DNA of 64,000 nucleotides from Bradymonadia bacterium (GTDB taxonomy: Bacteria > Myxococcota_A > Bradymonadia > UBA7976 > UBA1532), in NCBI GenBank assembly GCA_046290225.1, contig JBKAGE010000035.1, positions 416,001 to 480,000 on the forward strand. Reading direction: 5' to 3'. Positions 10,431 through 20,234 of the stretch are shown here, one piece after another. The notes beneath the pieces are model-generated. The model saw only the letters and a program-made list of their open reading frames with translations, had not been told where the DNA came from and made no database searches. Made by a program: the position numbers and the translations under genes. Numbering within the stretch: the first letter of the stretch is position 1; the number at the start of each line of letters is the position of its first letter.

Positions 10431-11241
10431 GATGCCAGGAGGCAGCCTCGAGGCTGATTTGATGGTGGCTCGACATGCGGCAGAGCAAGCAGGTGAGATC
10501 ATCCGCCGGGCTTGGGGCCAGAGCCTGCAAGTGTGGTCAAAGGGCAAGGTTGATCTGGTGACGGAGATCGATCTGGCTGCAGAAAAAGCCATCGTCTCGA
10601 CGCTGCGCAGTCAGCGTCCCGCTGATCGGATAATCGGCGAGGAAGGTGGCCAACAGGAGAGTGGGGGAGGGGCCCGTACCTGGTTTGTCGATCCACTGGA
10701 CGGGACGACAAACTTCAGCCACGGCGTACCTCACTTCTGCGTCTCTGTGGGCCTCGTGGATGATGAGGGCCCTCGAGTGGGGGTGGTGTACGAGCCTCTC
10801 AGGCAATGGTGTTTCTCTGCCCTGCGGGGAGGGGGTGCCTGGCTCAACGGGCAACGCCTCAATGTCAGTACAGCCCCAGATCTTGGCCAGTCGGTGCTGG
10901 CCACCGGCTTCCCCTATAACAAGTGGGTAGAGCCTGATAACAACGGCCATCGATTCACTCATCTGCTGCGCAAGACGCGCGGTCTACGTCGTATGGGCGC
11001 GGCGGCTTTGGATTTGTGTTATGTCGCCGCCGGCTGGTTCGACGGCTACTGGGAGTTCCGTTTGAAACCCTGGGATGTCGCCGCTGGCGTATTGTTGGTC
11101 ACCGAAGCTGGAGGTAAGGTCTCCAGCTTCGAGGGTGGACCCATTGATTTGCAATCTGGTGCCCTCGTCGCCACAAACGGGATGTTTCACGTGGAACTGA
11201 TCAATGCCCTCGCTGAAGCAGAGGAGACCCGCACTTCATGA
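10420..11241 (+). CDS. suhB: Inositol monophosphatase family protein
   Basis: DLVTEID, IGEE, WFVDPLDGTTNF, GAAALDL, WDVAAG. Confidence 0.93.
   Translation: MTTEMPGGSLEADLMVARHAAEQAGEIIRRAWGQSLQVWSKGKVDLVTEIDLAAEKAIVSTLRSQRPADRIIGEEGGQQESGGGARTWFVDPLDGTTNFSHGVPHFCVSVGLVDDEGPRVGVVYEPLRQWCFSALRGGGAWLNGQRLNVSTAPDLGQSVLATGFPYNKWVEPDNNGHRFTHLLRKTRGLRRMGAAALDLCYVAAGWFDGYWEFRLKPWDVAAGVLLVTEAGGKVSSFEGGPIDLQSGALVATNGMFHVELINALAEAEETRTS
11183..11198. promoter_or_regulatory. parS-like site inside suhB
   Basis: TGTTTCACGTGGAACT versus consensus TGTTNCACGTGAAACA; 1.3 kb from parA. Confidence 0.75.
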
Positions 11242-11792
11242 GATTTGTCTCTAAACTGGCCCTGGCCGGTACCGCCGCATTTTGGGCGGTCACCCAGACC
11301 GCCTGCACCGACGAGTACACACTGCCCAATGTGGCCCCTGAGGTTCAGGCGATTGCCTATTGCCAGCAGAATGATCGGACCTATCTCGTCCTCGAAGTTT
11401 TCGACATAGAGCGAGATCCAATCGATGTCTCCATTCAGGTCAGTGGAGCGCCCTGTGGCGGCTCATCTTTGGCTGTCGGCCCCACAGGCAGTGGAGTGAT
11501 TGGGTTGAACAGCGAGCGCGCTGATCACCCACGGCGCATCTCTGGTGAGCGCCCCGAAGTTCATCTGATCGAATGGGCCAGTGGGGATGACGTTCAGTAT
11601 CTGTGTGCAGCAGAGCAAGAGACCACAAATTGTTGTGTACTCGAAGCTGCGGCGCCCAACTCCATCGAGGTTCGGCTGTCTGCCACCGACAGTGACAACT
11701 TCAACGAGGCGGAGTGGCAAGGATCCCTTTCGCTCTCCGCTGCTGACTGCACCACCGTGATTGAGGCCATGGCTGATGGCACGCAGGAGTAG
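11238..11792 (+). CDS. Hypothetical lipoprotein
   Basis: Signal peptide ending QTAC; overlaps both neighbours. Confidence 0.7.
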   Translation: MRFVSKLALAGTAAFWAVTQTACTDEYTLPNVAPEVQAIAYCQQNDRTYLVLEVFDIERDPIDVSIQVSGAPCGGSSLAVGPTGSGVIGLNSERADHPRRISGERPEVHLIEWASGDDVQYLCAAEQETTNCCVLEAAAPNSIEVRLSATDSDNFNEAEWQGSLSLSAADCTTVIEAMADGTQE

Positions 11793-12435
11793 AGCGCCAT
11801 CAGTGCCCTTTGACCCAGAGGGCTTTCAGAGGCATCTGGCCAGCGCAGGGTTGCCCATCGAGCTGACCGATGACGCCCTGAGCCTGATCGGGCAGTACCT
11901 CGAGATGCGTCAGAAGTGGGCCCGGGTACACAACCTTACGGGGCCGCAGGCGAGCCAGGACGTGCTCTATCGGGATCTGGTGGACAGTGTCGCGGTATTG
12001 ACCGTGTTGCGCGGTGACCAGCCACTCTTCGATGTTGGCTCTGGCAATGGCACACCAGGGTTGGTGCTGGCATGTGTCTGGAGTGAGCAGCCCATCACCC
12101 TCGTGGAGCCCATCTCCAAGCGATCTGCCTTCTTGCGAACAGCTTCAGTGAAGATGGGCCTGAAGCATGTGCAGGTCATCAACGGTCGTTGGCCCACCGA
12201 ATTGAGTCAGGGTGCCCAAGTCGTCTCTCGGGCAGTCGCGCCCGTCGAGGTCTGGCCTGAGCTCGCGGTCGAAGCTGGGGCCCATGTCGACAGCTTCATT
12301 CGCATGCTCGCGGCCCGCCGGCCGCCAGTGAACGTGAGTGACTTTGAGTGTGCAGTTGGGGTCGATTATCGGCTCTCAGACGGGGTCTCGCGCCGAATTG
12401 AGCGTTGGGATCGGGCCGTGAAACCTGCCGTGTAA
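11776..12435 (+). CDS. rsmG: 16S rRNA G527 methyltransferase (divergent)
   Basis: HNLTG, DLVDS, DVGSGNGTPG, LVEPISKRSAFL, VVSRA; directly upstream of parA. Confidence 0.88.
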   Translation: MARRSRAPSVPFDPEGFQRHLASAGLPIELTDDALSLIGQYLEMRQKWARVHNLTGPQASQDVLYRDLVDSVAVLTVLRGDQPLFDVGSGNGTPGLVLACVWSEQPITLVEPISKRSAFLRTASVKMGLKHVQVINGRWPTELSQGAQVVSRAVAPVEVWPELAVEAGAHVDSFIRMLAARRPPVNVSDFECAVGVDYRLSDGVSRRIERWDRAVKPAV

Positions 12436-12448
12436 CCCGCGCCAAAAA

Positions 12449-12464
12449 TGTTTCACATGAAACA
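12449..12464. promoter_or_regulatory. parS centromere-like site
   Basis: TGTTTCACATGAAACA, one mismatch to the TGTTTCACGTGAAACA palindrome, between rsmG and parA. Confidence 0.85.
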
Positions 12465-12511
12465 CCCTTCTGCCATTGGCACCCCCCTGACCATGTGGTA
12501 TCCGTCGACTC

Positions 12512-13381
12512 ATGAGTGCTCGCATCATCGCCATATCAAACCAGAAAGGTGGGGTGGGTAAGACCACCACCGCCGTCAACCTCGCCGCAGGTCTCGCCCT
12601 CGAAGGGGCGCGAACACTGCTCGTCGATCTTGATCCTCAGGCCAACGCAACCAGCGGCATCGGATTCGACCCTCGCCAGAGAAGACGCAGCGTGTATCAC
12701 GCGCTCATTGGCATGGCTCGGGTCAAAGACATCCGGCTCGAGAGCCCGGACGTCGAGAATTTGTCGCTGTTGCCAGCCAGCCACGACTTGCTTGGGGCTG
12801 AGATCGAGCTCGTCGACTCTGTGGCTCGGGAATATCGACTCAAAGAAGCGTTTCAGGCCGATGATGATCTCGAAGACTTCGTGATCATCGACTGCCCGCC
12901 GTCTTTGGGGCTGCTCACCGTCAATGCCCTCGCCGCTTCGAGCTCAGCGTTGATCCCGTTGCAGTGTGAGTACTATGCCCTTGAGGGCATCTCTCAGCTC
13001 ATGCGGACCATCAACCTGATGCAGAGGAACATCAACCCAGCCCTCGAACTCGAGGGGGTGTTGCTCACCATGTTCGATCGTCGAAACAACCTGTCTCATC
13101 AGGTCGCTGAGGATGCACGGGGCCATTTTGGCAACCGCATCTTCGACACCGTGATCCCTCGAAACGTGAGGCTTTCCGAGAGCCCCTCCCACGGAAAGTC
13201 GATCCATCATTATGACAAGGCCAGTCGGGGTGCCCAGGCATATCGGAGCCTGGCCCAAGAGCTGATCAAGCGACACCTCGATCCCAGCAAGCGCGTGTCG
13301 TCGAAGGCCAAGAGCCCGGCGAAGGCCAGGACGACCTCGGCTAAAGCGAAGACCAGCCAGAAAGGAAGCAGCGCCCGATGA
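12512..13381 (+). CDS. parA: Chromosome partitioning ATPase ParA/Soj
   Basis: NQKGGVGKTT, DLDPQAN, IDCPPSLG, QCEYYALEG, IPRNVRLSESPS. Confidence 0.97.
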   Translation: MSARIIAISNQKGGVGKTTTAVNLAAGLALEGARTLLVDLDPQANATSGIGFDPRQRRRSVYHALIGMARVKDIRLESPDVENLSLLPASHDLLGAEIELVDSVAREYRLKEAFQADDDLEDFVIIDCPPSLGLLTVNALAASSSALIPLQCEYYALEGISQLMRTINLMQRNINPALELEGVLLTMFDRRNNLSHQVAEDARGHFGNRIFDTVIPRNVRLSESPSHGKSIHHYDKASRGAQAYRSLAQELIKRHLDPSKRVSSKAKSPAKARTTSAKAKTSQKGSSAR

Positions 13382-14265
13382 GTCGACCCAAGCGCGGACT
13401 GGGTCGCGGACTCTCCGCTTTGATCCCCGCCGCTGATGAAGAGAGCACCAAAGCCGGCCGACCACTGGAAGTCCCCATCGGACAAGTGGGGCAGGCTGAT
13501 CATCAGCCCCGTACTGCTTTTCGTGAGGAGAGCCTGCAAGAGCTGGTCGACTCCATCCGCACAAATGGGGTGATTCAGCCCATCATCGTGCGTCAGGCCG
13601 ACACCAACGCTTACATCATCATCGCCGGTGAGCGTCGATGGCGTGCAGCTCAGCGGGCAGGTCTCGAGCGGGTGCCCATCGTCATTCGCGAGGCCACAGA
13701 TGCTGAGGCGTATGAGCTGGCACTCGTCGAGAACATTCAGCGTGATGATCTTGGTCCCCTCGAAGAGGCAGAGGCCTATCACCACCTCATCGACGCATAT
13801 GATCTCACTCAAGAAGAGGTGGCTCTACGGGTAGGTAAAAACCGCACCACCGTCACCAATGCCCTCAGGTTGTTGAAGTTGCCTGAAGTCATTCGTGCTG
13901 CTGTAGCGGGCGGTCATCTCAGCGGTGGCCATGCCAGGGCTCTGCTCACCGCACCTGATGAAGAGATCATGGTGGAGCTTGCTGATCGGGCTGTGGCCGA
14001 GGGCTGGTCAGTGCGTGAGACCGAGCGCCAGGCACGGGCAGCCAAACAGGCTCAGAAGGCCGAAGCTGCTGCGGCCGAGCCCGAATCCGAGCCAGAGCCA
14101 CCCTCATTGGTCCACGAAGCCGTAGAGAGCCAGCTGCGGACTGCGCTCAGAGCACCTGTTCGCCTGGTACATCGAGGGGGCAAAGGGCGCATCGAGATCA
14201 AATTTCACAGCTCTGATGAGTTGAATCGGCTCATCGAAATGCTGAGCACTCTCGAAGAAGAGTAG
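13378..14265 (+). CDS. parB: Chromosome partitioning protein ParB/Spo0J
   Basis: GLGRGLSALI, QPR, IIAGERRWRAA, ENIQR, HTH. Confidence 0.97.
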   Translation: MSRPKRGLGRGLSALIPAADEESTKAGRPLEVPIGQVGQADHQPRTAFREESLQELVDSIRTNGVIQPIIVRQADTNAYIIIAGERRWRAAQRAGLERVPIVIREATDAEAYELALVENIQRDDLGPLEEAEAYHHLIDAYDLTQEEVALRVGKNRTTVTNALRLLKLPEVIRAAVAGGHLSGGHARALLTAPDEEIMVELADRAVAEGWSVRETERQARAAKQAQKAEAAAAEPESEPEPPSLVHEAVESQLRTALRAPVRLVHRGGKGRIEIKFHSSDELNRLIEMLSTLEEE

Positions 14266-14330
14266 TTTCTCGGCAACCTCCACCCTTCGGTGCCATCCTC
14301 TTTGAACACGAAGAGCACGGATAAGGCACC

Positions 14331-14954
14331 ATGGGGCGTCCATCAGGCACCCGAAACCCCGGATACGCAGATCGGCGAGAGCGTTTGATCGAGGGCATGA
14401 TTCCCATTGTGCTCTCACCGGGTCGACCTTTGCCCAGTTTCCGTCAACTTGCAGAGAGTGCCGGTGTCAGTGTGCCGACTCTGAGGCACTACTTTGGTGA
14501 TCAAGAGGGTGCTCTGCGATCCATCTTCGAGTTCTGGTCAGACAGAAGTCAGCCGTATCTCGATCAGGTGGCCTCCGAAACAGATCAGACCTTCGAAGAC
14601 TCGCTGTGGTGGTCAGCCGACTTTTTGATCAAAGGTTGGCGGATGTTCGGCGTGGGCCGAATTCACGCCACAGGCATCGAGCTTGGTCTGGGGCACACCA
14701 CCCGTGGGCCTGGATATCTGGACGGCTTGTACGAGCCACTTCAGCAAGCCCTCGAAGCGCGCATGCGACATCACATGAATCAGGGCCACCTGCGTGAGGG
14801 TGAGCCACGTGTGATGGCGTTGTGTTTCTTGAGCCCTCTCTTGATGGCCTTGTTGCATCAAGACGAACTCGGCGGGCATGCGTGCAGGCCCCTGGACTTC
14901 AACCTCTTCTTGCGAGAGCACATCGACGGCTTCATGCGAGGTTGGGGCGCTTGA
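14331..14954 (+). CDS. TetR/AcrR family transcriptional regulator
   Basis: SFRQLAESAGVSVPTLRHYFG HTH. Confidence 0.85.
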   Translation: MGRPSGTRNPGYADRRERLIEGMIPIVLSPGRPLPSFRQLAESAGVSVPTLRHYFGDQEGALRSIFEFWSDRSQPYLDQVASETDQTFEDSLWWSADFLIKGWRMFGVGRIHATGIELGLGHTTRGPGYLDGLYEPLQQALEARMRHHMNQGHLREGEPRVMALCFLSPLLMALLHQDELGGHACRPLDFNLFLREHIDGFMRGWGA

Positions 14955-15072
14955 TCGAGCCCATTGTCGAGCCCATTGAGGCTGGCCACCGAACAACCAA
15001 TTGATCACGACAGGGAATGCAGACCAACATGGCGCGTCAAGAGCCCAGTTGATCCATGGCGAGGCCTGCCCT

Positions 15073-16950
15073 GTGAATCCCATACGACGTACTCTCCGCC
15101 GACACATCATCGTCGGCGCCGCCCTGACGCTCAGCCTTGGTGGCTGTGCTGAAGAAGACAACGGTTTGAGCAACATCGCACCCGGTGGGGAGCAGATGGG
15201 CCAGGCCGGCAGTGGGGGCACCCCCATGGGTGGAGCTGGAGGTGCTGGCGGCAACGCTGGATCACCCCAAGGCGGGCGCCCAGGCGGCGCTGGTGGCGCG
15301 GTGGGCGGCATGGGCGGTAGCCCAGGTGGCCAGGGTGGATCTCCAGGAGGCGCAGGTGGTCAGGGCGGAGCCGGTGGTGCAGTCGGCGGTATGGGTGGCA
15401 TGGGCGGTGGCCCCAGTGGAGCCGGTGGTGGATTCCTCGACGGGGAGTCGATGTCCCAATTTGCTGATCGTACCTGCTTTACGGAGGGTGACGAGACCCC
15501 AGTAGAGTTGCTCGATGGGCTCTCCACACAGCTCGTCAACGCCATCAACTGCCTGCGCCCGGGATCATTGTCCGACATTCCTGATGGCAACTGGCAAATG
15601 CTCAGTCCGCTGAGGCCCGCCCTCGTCGATGCTCGAGGGGTAGATGATCTGCTCGACGCCGCAGCGAGCAGCAATGAACCCATGGTGATCAGGTGGGCCT
15701 ATCGAGACATCGCGCTCCAGCATCTCTTCTTCTTGTGGACCCTGAAGGGCTGTGACTTCGCCGCACCTGCAGGGCTCTCCAATCACCAGAACGGGCTCAG
15801 CGTCGACTTGAACGATCCTGGTGCATGGCGTGGGATCATGGAGCAGCGGGGTTGGGAGAACAATCTGCCCACCGATCGGCCGCACTTCGACTATGTGCTG
15901 GCGGAAGATGAGGGCATGGCCACGCTCTCCATCATGGCGTTCCAGGCTTTGTGGAATCACAACCGGGCCGATGATCCACTTGAGCTCACTGGTGAGTTCG
16001 ACGACGCCACCGAAGCGGCGCTCAATGCGACTCCCCTGCTCGGGTTCCAGCGCGAGCTGTGTGAGGGCGACGGGCCGCCAGAGTTGCCGCCGTTGCGTGG
16101 GCCCACGGTGGCTCAGGCGGCCTGGCGTGGCTGCGAGCCGCCGGTGGATCTGCTCGAGGGCCTCTCCAGTGAGATCTCAGAATTGATGCGATGTGCTGAT
16201 CCCAACCGGTTCGTGCCCCTGAGCCTGTGCAACGGGCCCGGCTGTTTCTCGGTCGCTGCGCCGCCCAAGCCCGAATGGCTCGAGGCGAGAACCCACGAGG
16301 CTGCCCTCAGAGCCAGTGAAGATGCCGGGGTACCCCTCAACGTGTTGTGGGCTTTTCGAGATCCGGCTTTGGCGTGGTTCTTCTATAGCGTTCGAGACAA
16401 CCTCAGCTGCGACAACACCGATCGGCCGCCTTCAGCCAGCGCATATGTGACAGGCCGCGCGCTGTCGCTCACCAACAACAGCCCTGCTCAGCTCGACGAT
16501 GCCCTCGAGCGGGCCGGATTCACCGCCATCAACGAGTCTGATGGTTGGACCTATCCGGAGGGTGATGATCTGCGCACATTGGCTGTCTATGCCTTCCAGG
16601 CCCTCTGGAATCACAACCGACCTGACGATCCCCTCGAGACAGATGGGATCATGGGCCCTGGGACTCAGTCCGCTCTCGATCGTTCTCCCATCGGTGGGTT
16701 TGGCCGCCTGCCCCGCTGTGAAGATCTCGATCCGCCGTTGCCTCCCGAGAACGCCTTTACGTGTATCGAAGGCTGCGTGAACCAGACATGCCCTGGTGCG
16801 TATGACTTCTGCACCGAGCAGCATGGGGAGTGTGAGGCGGTGCCGTGCGACATGGACGACGACTGTGACGGCCTCTTCGCCTGTGATGATCCCGGACGTG
16901 GTTCATCACCGAACTTCTTCTGCGACGATGGTCGGTGCCGACGGCGATAA
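15073..16950 (+). CDS. Lipoprotein with duplicated M15-like (D,D-peptidase) + peptidoglycan-binding module
   Basis: Lipobox LGGC, Gly-rich linker, AYR..Q, SNHQNGLSVD, DRPHFD; FQALWNHN...T..AL PG-binding helices twice; start could be 15001. Confidence 0.75.
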   Translation: MNPIRRTLRRHIIVGAALTLSLGGCAEEDNGLSNIAPGGEQMGQAGSGGTPMGGAGGAGGNAGSPQGGRPGGAGGAVGGMGGSPGGQGGSPGGAGGQGGAGGAVGGMGGMGGGPSGAGGGFLDGESMSQFADRTCFTEGDETPVELLDGLSTQLVNAINCLRPGSLSDIPDGNWQMLSPLRPALVDARGVDDLLDAAASSNEPMVIRWAYRDIALQHLFFLWTLKGCDFAAPAGLSNHQNGLSVDLNDPGAWRGIMEQRGWENNLPTDRPHFDYVLAEDEGMATLSIMAFQALWNHNRADDPLELTGEFDDATEAALNATPLLGFQRELCEGDGPPELPPLRGPTVAQAAWRGCEPPVDLLEGLSSEISELMRCADPNRFVPLSLCNGPGCFSVAAPPKPEWLEARTHEAALRASEDAGVPLNVLWAFRDPALAWFFYSVRDNLSCDNTDRPPSASAYVTGRALSLTNNSPAQLDDALERAGFTAINESDGWTYPEGDDLRTLAVYAFQALWNHNRPDDPLETDGIMGPGTQSALDRSPIGGFGRLPRCEDLDPPLPPENAFTCIEGCVNQTCPGAYDFCTEQHGECEAVPCDMDDDCDGLFACDDPGRGSSPNFFCDDGRCRRR

Positions 16951-17354
16951 TGAGCGAGTATCCCGAGGGCACAGGCCCAGGCACCCTGCATCAGCAAATC
17001 GTCGATCGCATCATGGAAGAGATGGACGATCGGGCGTGGTCCGTCTCGGAGCTGGCCCGCCGGTGTGGCGGGTATCCCAAGGCGCCTCAACTCAGCGACG
17101 CCCTCTCGGGGAAGCGGAACCGCACCCTGAACTTCAAAATGATCGAGTCCATCGCTGTGGCGTTCGATCTGCCCCCTGTCGATCTCGTGCTCGTCGATGC
17201 AGACACACCCACTGAAAGTGTCGAAATCAGCCCACGACCGCAGACACAACCCAGCGCAGGTTTCAGCGACGAGGCCGCCACGATTGCGCGGCTCTTCGAT
17301 GCCCTCGGGCAGGACAAGCGCGCCCTCATCAAGTGGTTGATTGATCAGATTTGA
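16950..17354 (+). CDS. XRE/Cro-like HTH transcriptional regulator
   Basis: WSVSELARRCG...QLSDALSGKR...IESIAVAFDL; TAATG overlap with upstream stop. Confidence 0.8.
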   Translation: MSEYPEGTGPGTLHQQIVDRIMEEMDDRAWSVSELARRCGGYPKAPQLSDALSGKRNRTLNFKMIESIAVAFDLPPVDLVLVDADTPTESVEISPRPQTQPSAGFSDEAATIARLFDALGQDKRALIKWLIDQI

Positions 17355-17402
17355 GCGGCAGGTGCTCAGTCACGCTGAGCAGGTGGGGCGGGTCAGATCA
17401 GG

Positions 17403-20048
17403 TCAGGCGCTGGGGTTCTCGTCGGCGAGGGTGACCTCGACGGCGAAGCGATCTCCTTCAGCGGCCTCGCCGGCGGTGAGGGTCACGCCATCATCAGCGA
17501 CGTTGCCCGAGCGACGGATGTCGTCGATGGCGGGGCCGATGGCGTCGAGGAGATCCTGAGCGCCGGTGATCTGCAGGTTGGTCACGGGCCAGCGCAGGCT
17601 CTTCTTCGCCGAGGACTTCGCCGAGCGGACCTGAGCGAGCAGTGAAGCGGCGTCGCGGTACAACGTACGCTCCGCGCCCTCAGGCAGGTGGGCGAACTCG
17701 TCATCAGTGGGCCACTGAGCGGTGTGCACCGAGGGGTTGTCCTCGGTGGCCATTCGCCAGGACCACACCTCTTCGGTGACGTACGGGATGAACGGCGCCA
17801 GCAGCCGCAGGTACGTCTTGATGGCGTGGCTCAGCGTGGCGATGGCCGAAGCGCGATCCGCCGAGTCTTCCTCGGCGTAGCTGCGGGACTTCACCAGCTC
17901 GAGGTAGTCGTCGCAGAAGTCCCAGAAGGACTCCTCAGCGGCCTGGAGCGCGCCAGCGGGCTCGTAGCTCTCGTACTGCGCCGTGGCCTTGCGCACCGTC
18001 TCGCGCAAGCCTGCGAGGAACGAGATGTCCACGGGGTGCGTCACCGCCGAGAGATCCGGGGCGGTCGCCCCCTCGCCCATGGCGCGCTCGATCTGCATGA
18101 AGGTGAAGCGGCAGGCGTTGAACACCTTCCGGGTCAGGCGGTTGCCCACCTTGAATACCTTCTCGTCCAGGGCAGTGTCGGTGCCCATGCGGGCCCGAGC
18201 CGTCCAGTAACGCACAGCGTCGACGGAGTTCTTGTCGAGCAGATCATCAGGCGTCTCGGCAGCGTTGCCCTTCGACTTGCTCACCTTGCCACCGCTCTTG
18301 GCCACGACCCAGCCGGAGATCACCACATTGTGCCAGGGCACCTGCTTGTAGTGCATCCAGGCCTTCACGATCGTGTAGAAGGCCCAGGTCCGGATGATCT
18401 CGTGAGATTGAGGCCGGATGTCCATGGGGAACAGCTTCTCGTGCCGCTCGTCATCCGTGACGCCCATGCTCTGGATGAGCGGAGACACCGACGAGGTGGC
18501 CCAGGTGTCCATCACGTCAGGATCACCGGTGAAGCCGCCGGGCAGATCACGCTGCACCTCGGTGTAGCCCGGAGGTGAGTCCACCATCGGATCCACCGGC
18601 AGGCGGGCCTTCGGGGCCACGATGGGGCTGCCGTAGTCGATCACGCCGTCGAGGCCGATGGGGTACCAGACCGGGAACGGCACGCCGAAGTAGCGCTGGC
18701 GGCTGATGCACCAGTCCTGGTTCAGCCCTTCAACCCAGATCTGGTAGCGGTGGGACATGTGGCTGGGGTGCCAGGCGATCTTCTCGCCCTGGGCCAGCAG
18801 ATCGTCTTTGTGCTCCAGAATCTTGATGAACCACTGGCGGGTGGGCACGAACTCGAGGGGACGATCGCCCTTCTCGTAGTACTTCACCGCCTGCTTCACC
18901 TTCTGAGGCTCGCCGGTGAGGGCTACGCCGTCGCCGTGAGGGCCGGTCCCCTCTTCGGCGAGCATCTCCAGCACCGCGCGACGGGCCTGGTTCACGTACA
19001 GGCCCGACATCTTGTCGTAGGCCGCCTGGGCCGCCTCGGCGTCGAGGCTCAGGAAAGGTGCCTCACCAAAGCGGGCGGCGGCGAGCTTGCCGCCCATGCC
19101 GATGACCCGCTTCAGGGGCAGGTCAGAGGCCTTCCACCAGTCGACGTCGTGGATGTCGCCGAAGGTACAGACCATCAAGATGCCAGTGCCCTTCTCGGGC
19201 TCGGCGTGATCCGCAGCAATGATGGGCACCGGTGCCTTGAAGAGCGGGCTGATGGCCTTCTTGCCGAAGTAGGGCTGGTAGCGCTCATCGTCGGGGTGGG
19301 CCACCACGGCGATGCAGGCCGGCAGCAGCTCGGGTCGGGTGGTGCTGATGGTGAACTCACCGCCGCCTTCGATGGCGAAGCGGATGTCGTACATCTTGCC
19401 GTCGCGATCGCGATCTTCCACCTCGGCCTGGGCCACGGCGGTGCGGAAGTCCGTGTCCCACATCGTCGGCGACTCGGTGTTGTAGACCAGCCCCTTCTCG
19501 AACAGGTCGAGGAACGACCACTGCGACGTGCGGCGGCTGCGCTCGTCGATGGTGGCGTAGGTCTGATCCCAATCGATCGACAGACCCATACGGCGCCACA
19601 GAGCCTCGAAGGCCTGCTCGTCTTCGTGGGTCAGCTGCTCGCAGATCTCGATGAAGTTCTTGCGGCTGATCGTCTCGACCGGATCCTTCTTGCCCTTGTC
19701 GCGACGAGGCTTCCAGTCGGCGTCGTAGGGCACCTGCGACTCACAGCGCACCCCGAACACCTTCTGCACCCGGCGCTCTGTAGGCAGGCCGTTGTCGTCC
19801 CAGCCCATGCCGTAGAAGATGTTCTTCCCCTGCATGCGGTGGTAGCGGGCCAGCAGATCCTGGTGCGTGTAGCTGAATACGTGGCCGATGTGCAGCGAGC
19901 CCGAGACCGTCGGAGGTGGGGTGTCTACGACGAAGGTCTCTTCCCGGGGTCGGCTCGGGTCCCAGGTGTAAATGCCCCACTCTGCCCAGCGGGCTGCCCA
20001 ACGCGCCTCCGCATCTGCGGGGTCGTACTTGTTCGGGATCTCACTCAT
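17403..20048 (-). CDS. valS: Valine--tRNA ligase (actinobacterial/archaeal type)
   Basis: DTPPPTVSGSLHIGH, GWDDNGLPTERRVQ, TTRPELL, DWCISRQR, DVMDTWATSS, KVSKS. Confidence 0.96.
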   Translation of the reverse strand: MSEIPNKYDPADAEARWAARWAEWGIYTWDPSRPREETFVVDTPPPTVSGSLHIGHVFSYTHQDLLARYHRMQGKNIFYGMGWDDNGLPTERRVQKVFGVRCESQVPYDADWKPRRDKGKKDPVETISRKNFIEICEQLTHEDEQAFEALWRRMGLSIDWDQTYATIDERSRRTSQWSFLDLFEKGLVYNTESPTMWDTDFRTAVAQAEVEDRDRDGKMYDIRFAIEGGGEFTISTTRPELLPACIAVVAHPDDERYQPYFGKKAISPLFKAPVPIIAADHAEPEKGTGILMVCTFGDIHDVDWWKASDLPLKRVIGMGGKLAAARFGEAPFLSLDAEAAQAAYDKMSGLYVNQARRAVLEMLAEEGTGPHGDGVALTGEPQKVKQAVKYYEKGDRPLEFVPTRQWFIKILEHKDDLLAQGEKIAWHPSHMSHRYQIWVEGLNQDWCISRQRYFGVPFPVWYPIGLDGVIDYGSPIVAPKARLPVDPMVDSPPGYTEVQRDLPGGFTGDPDVMDTWATSSVSPLIQSMGVTDDERHEKLFPMDIRPQSHEIIRTWAFYTIVKAWMHYKQVPWHNVVISGWVVAKSGGKVSKSKGNAAETPDDLLDKNSVDAVRYWTARARMGTDTALDEKVFKVGNRLTRKVFNACRFTFMQIERAMGEGATAPDLSAVTHPVDISFLAGLRETVRKATAQYESYEPAGALQAAEESFWDFCDDYLELVKSRSYAEEDSADRASAIATLSHAIKTYLRLLAPFIPYVTEEVWSWRMATEDNPSVHTAQWPTDDEFAHLPEGAERTLYRDAASLLAQVRSAKSSAKKSLRWPVTNLQITGAQDLLDAIGPAIDDIRRSGNVADDGVTLTAGEAAEGDRFAVEVTLADENPSA

Positions 20049-20174
20049 CTCTGCTGCTCCATGCACAATCGATCAGCGCTGATCGTGCCGGTGAATAAGC
20101 CACAGGGGCTCTGAGGCCGCAACCCGAGTGGGCCCACGGGTCGCTTCGAAAACGATGTGAATGCAGATAGATGC

Positions 20175-20195
20175 ATTTTGTGTGCAAAATTTTGC
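20175..20195. promoter_or_regulatory. Overlapping AT-rich palindromes in divergent intergenic region
   Basis: ATTTTG-TGTG-CAAAAT (20175-20190) and perfect GCAAAATTTTGC (20184-20195). Confidence 0.5.
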
Positions 20196-20234
20196 TTGTC
20201 GTGGTTTGGCATATGTCGCTAACGTCGCCCCACC

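Noticed and set aside
18750..20114. 454-aa plus-strand ORF
   Set aside because: Antisense to valS
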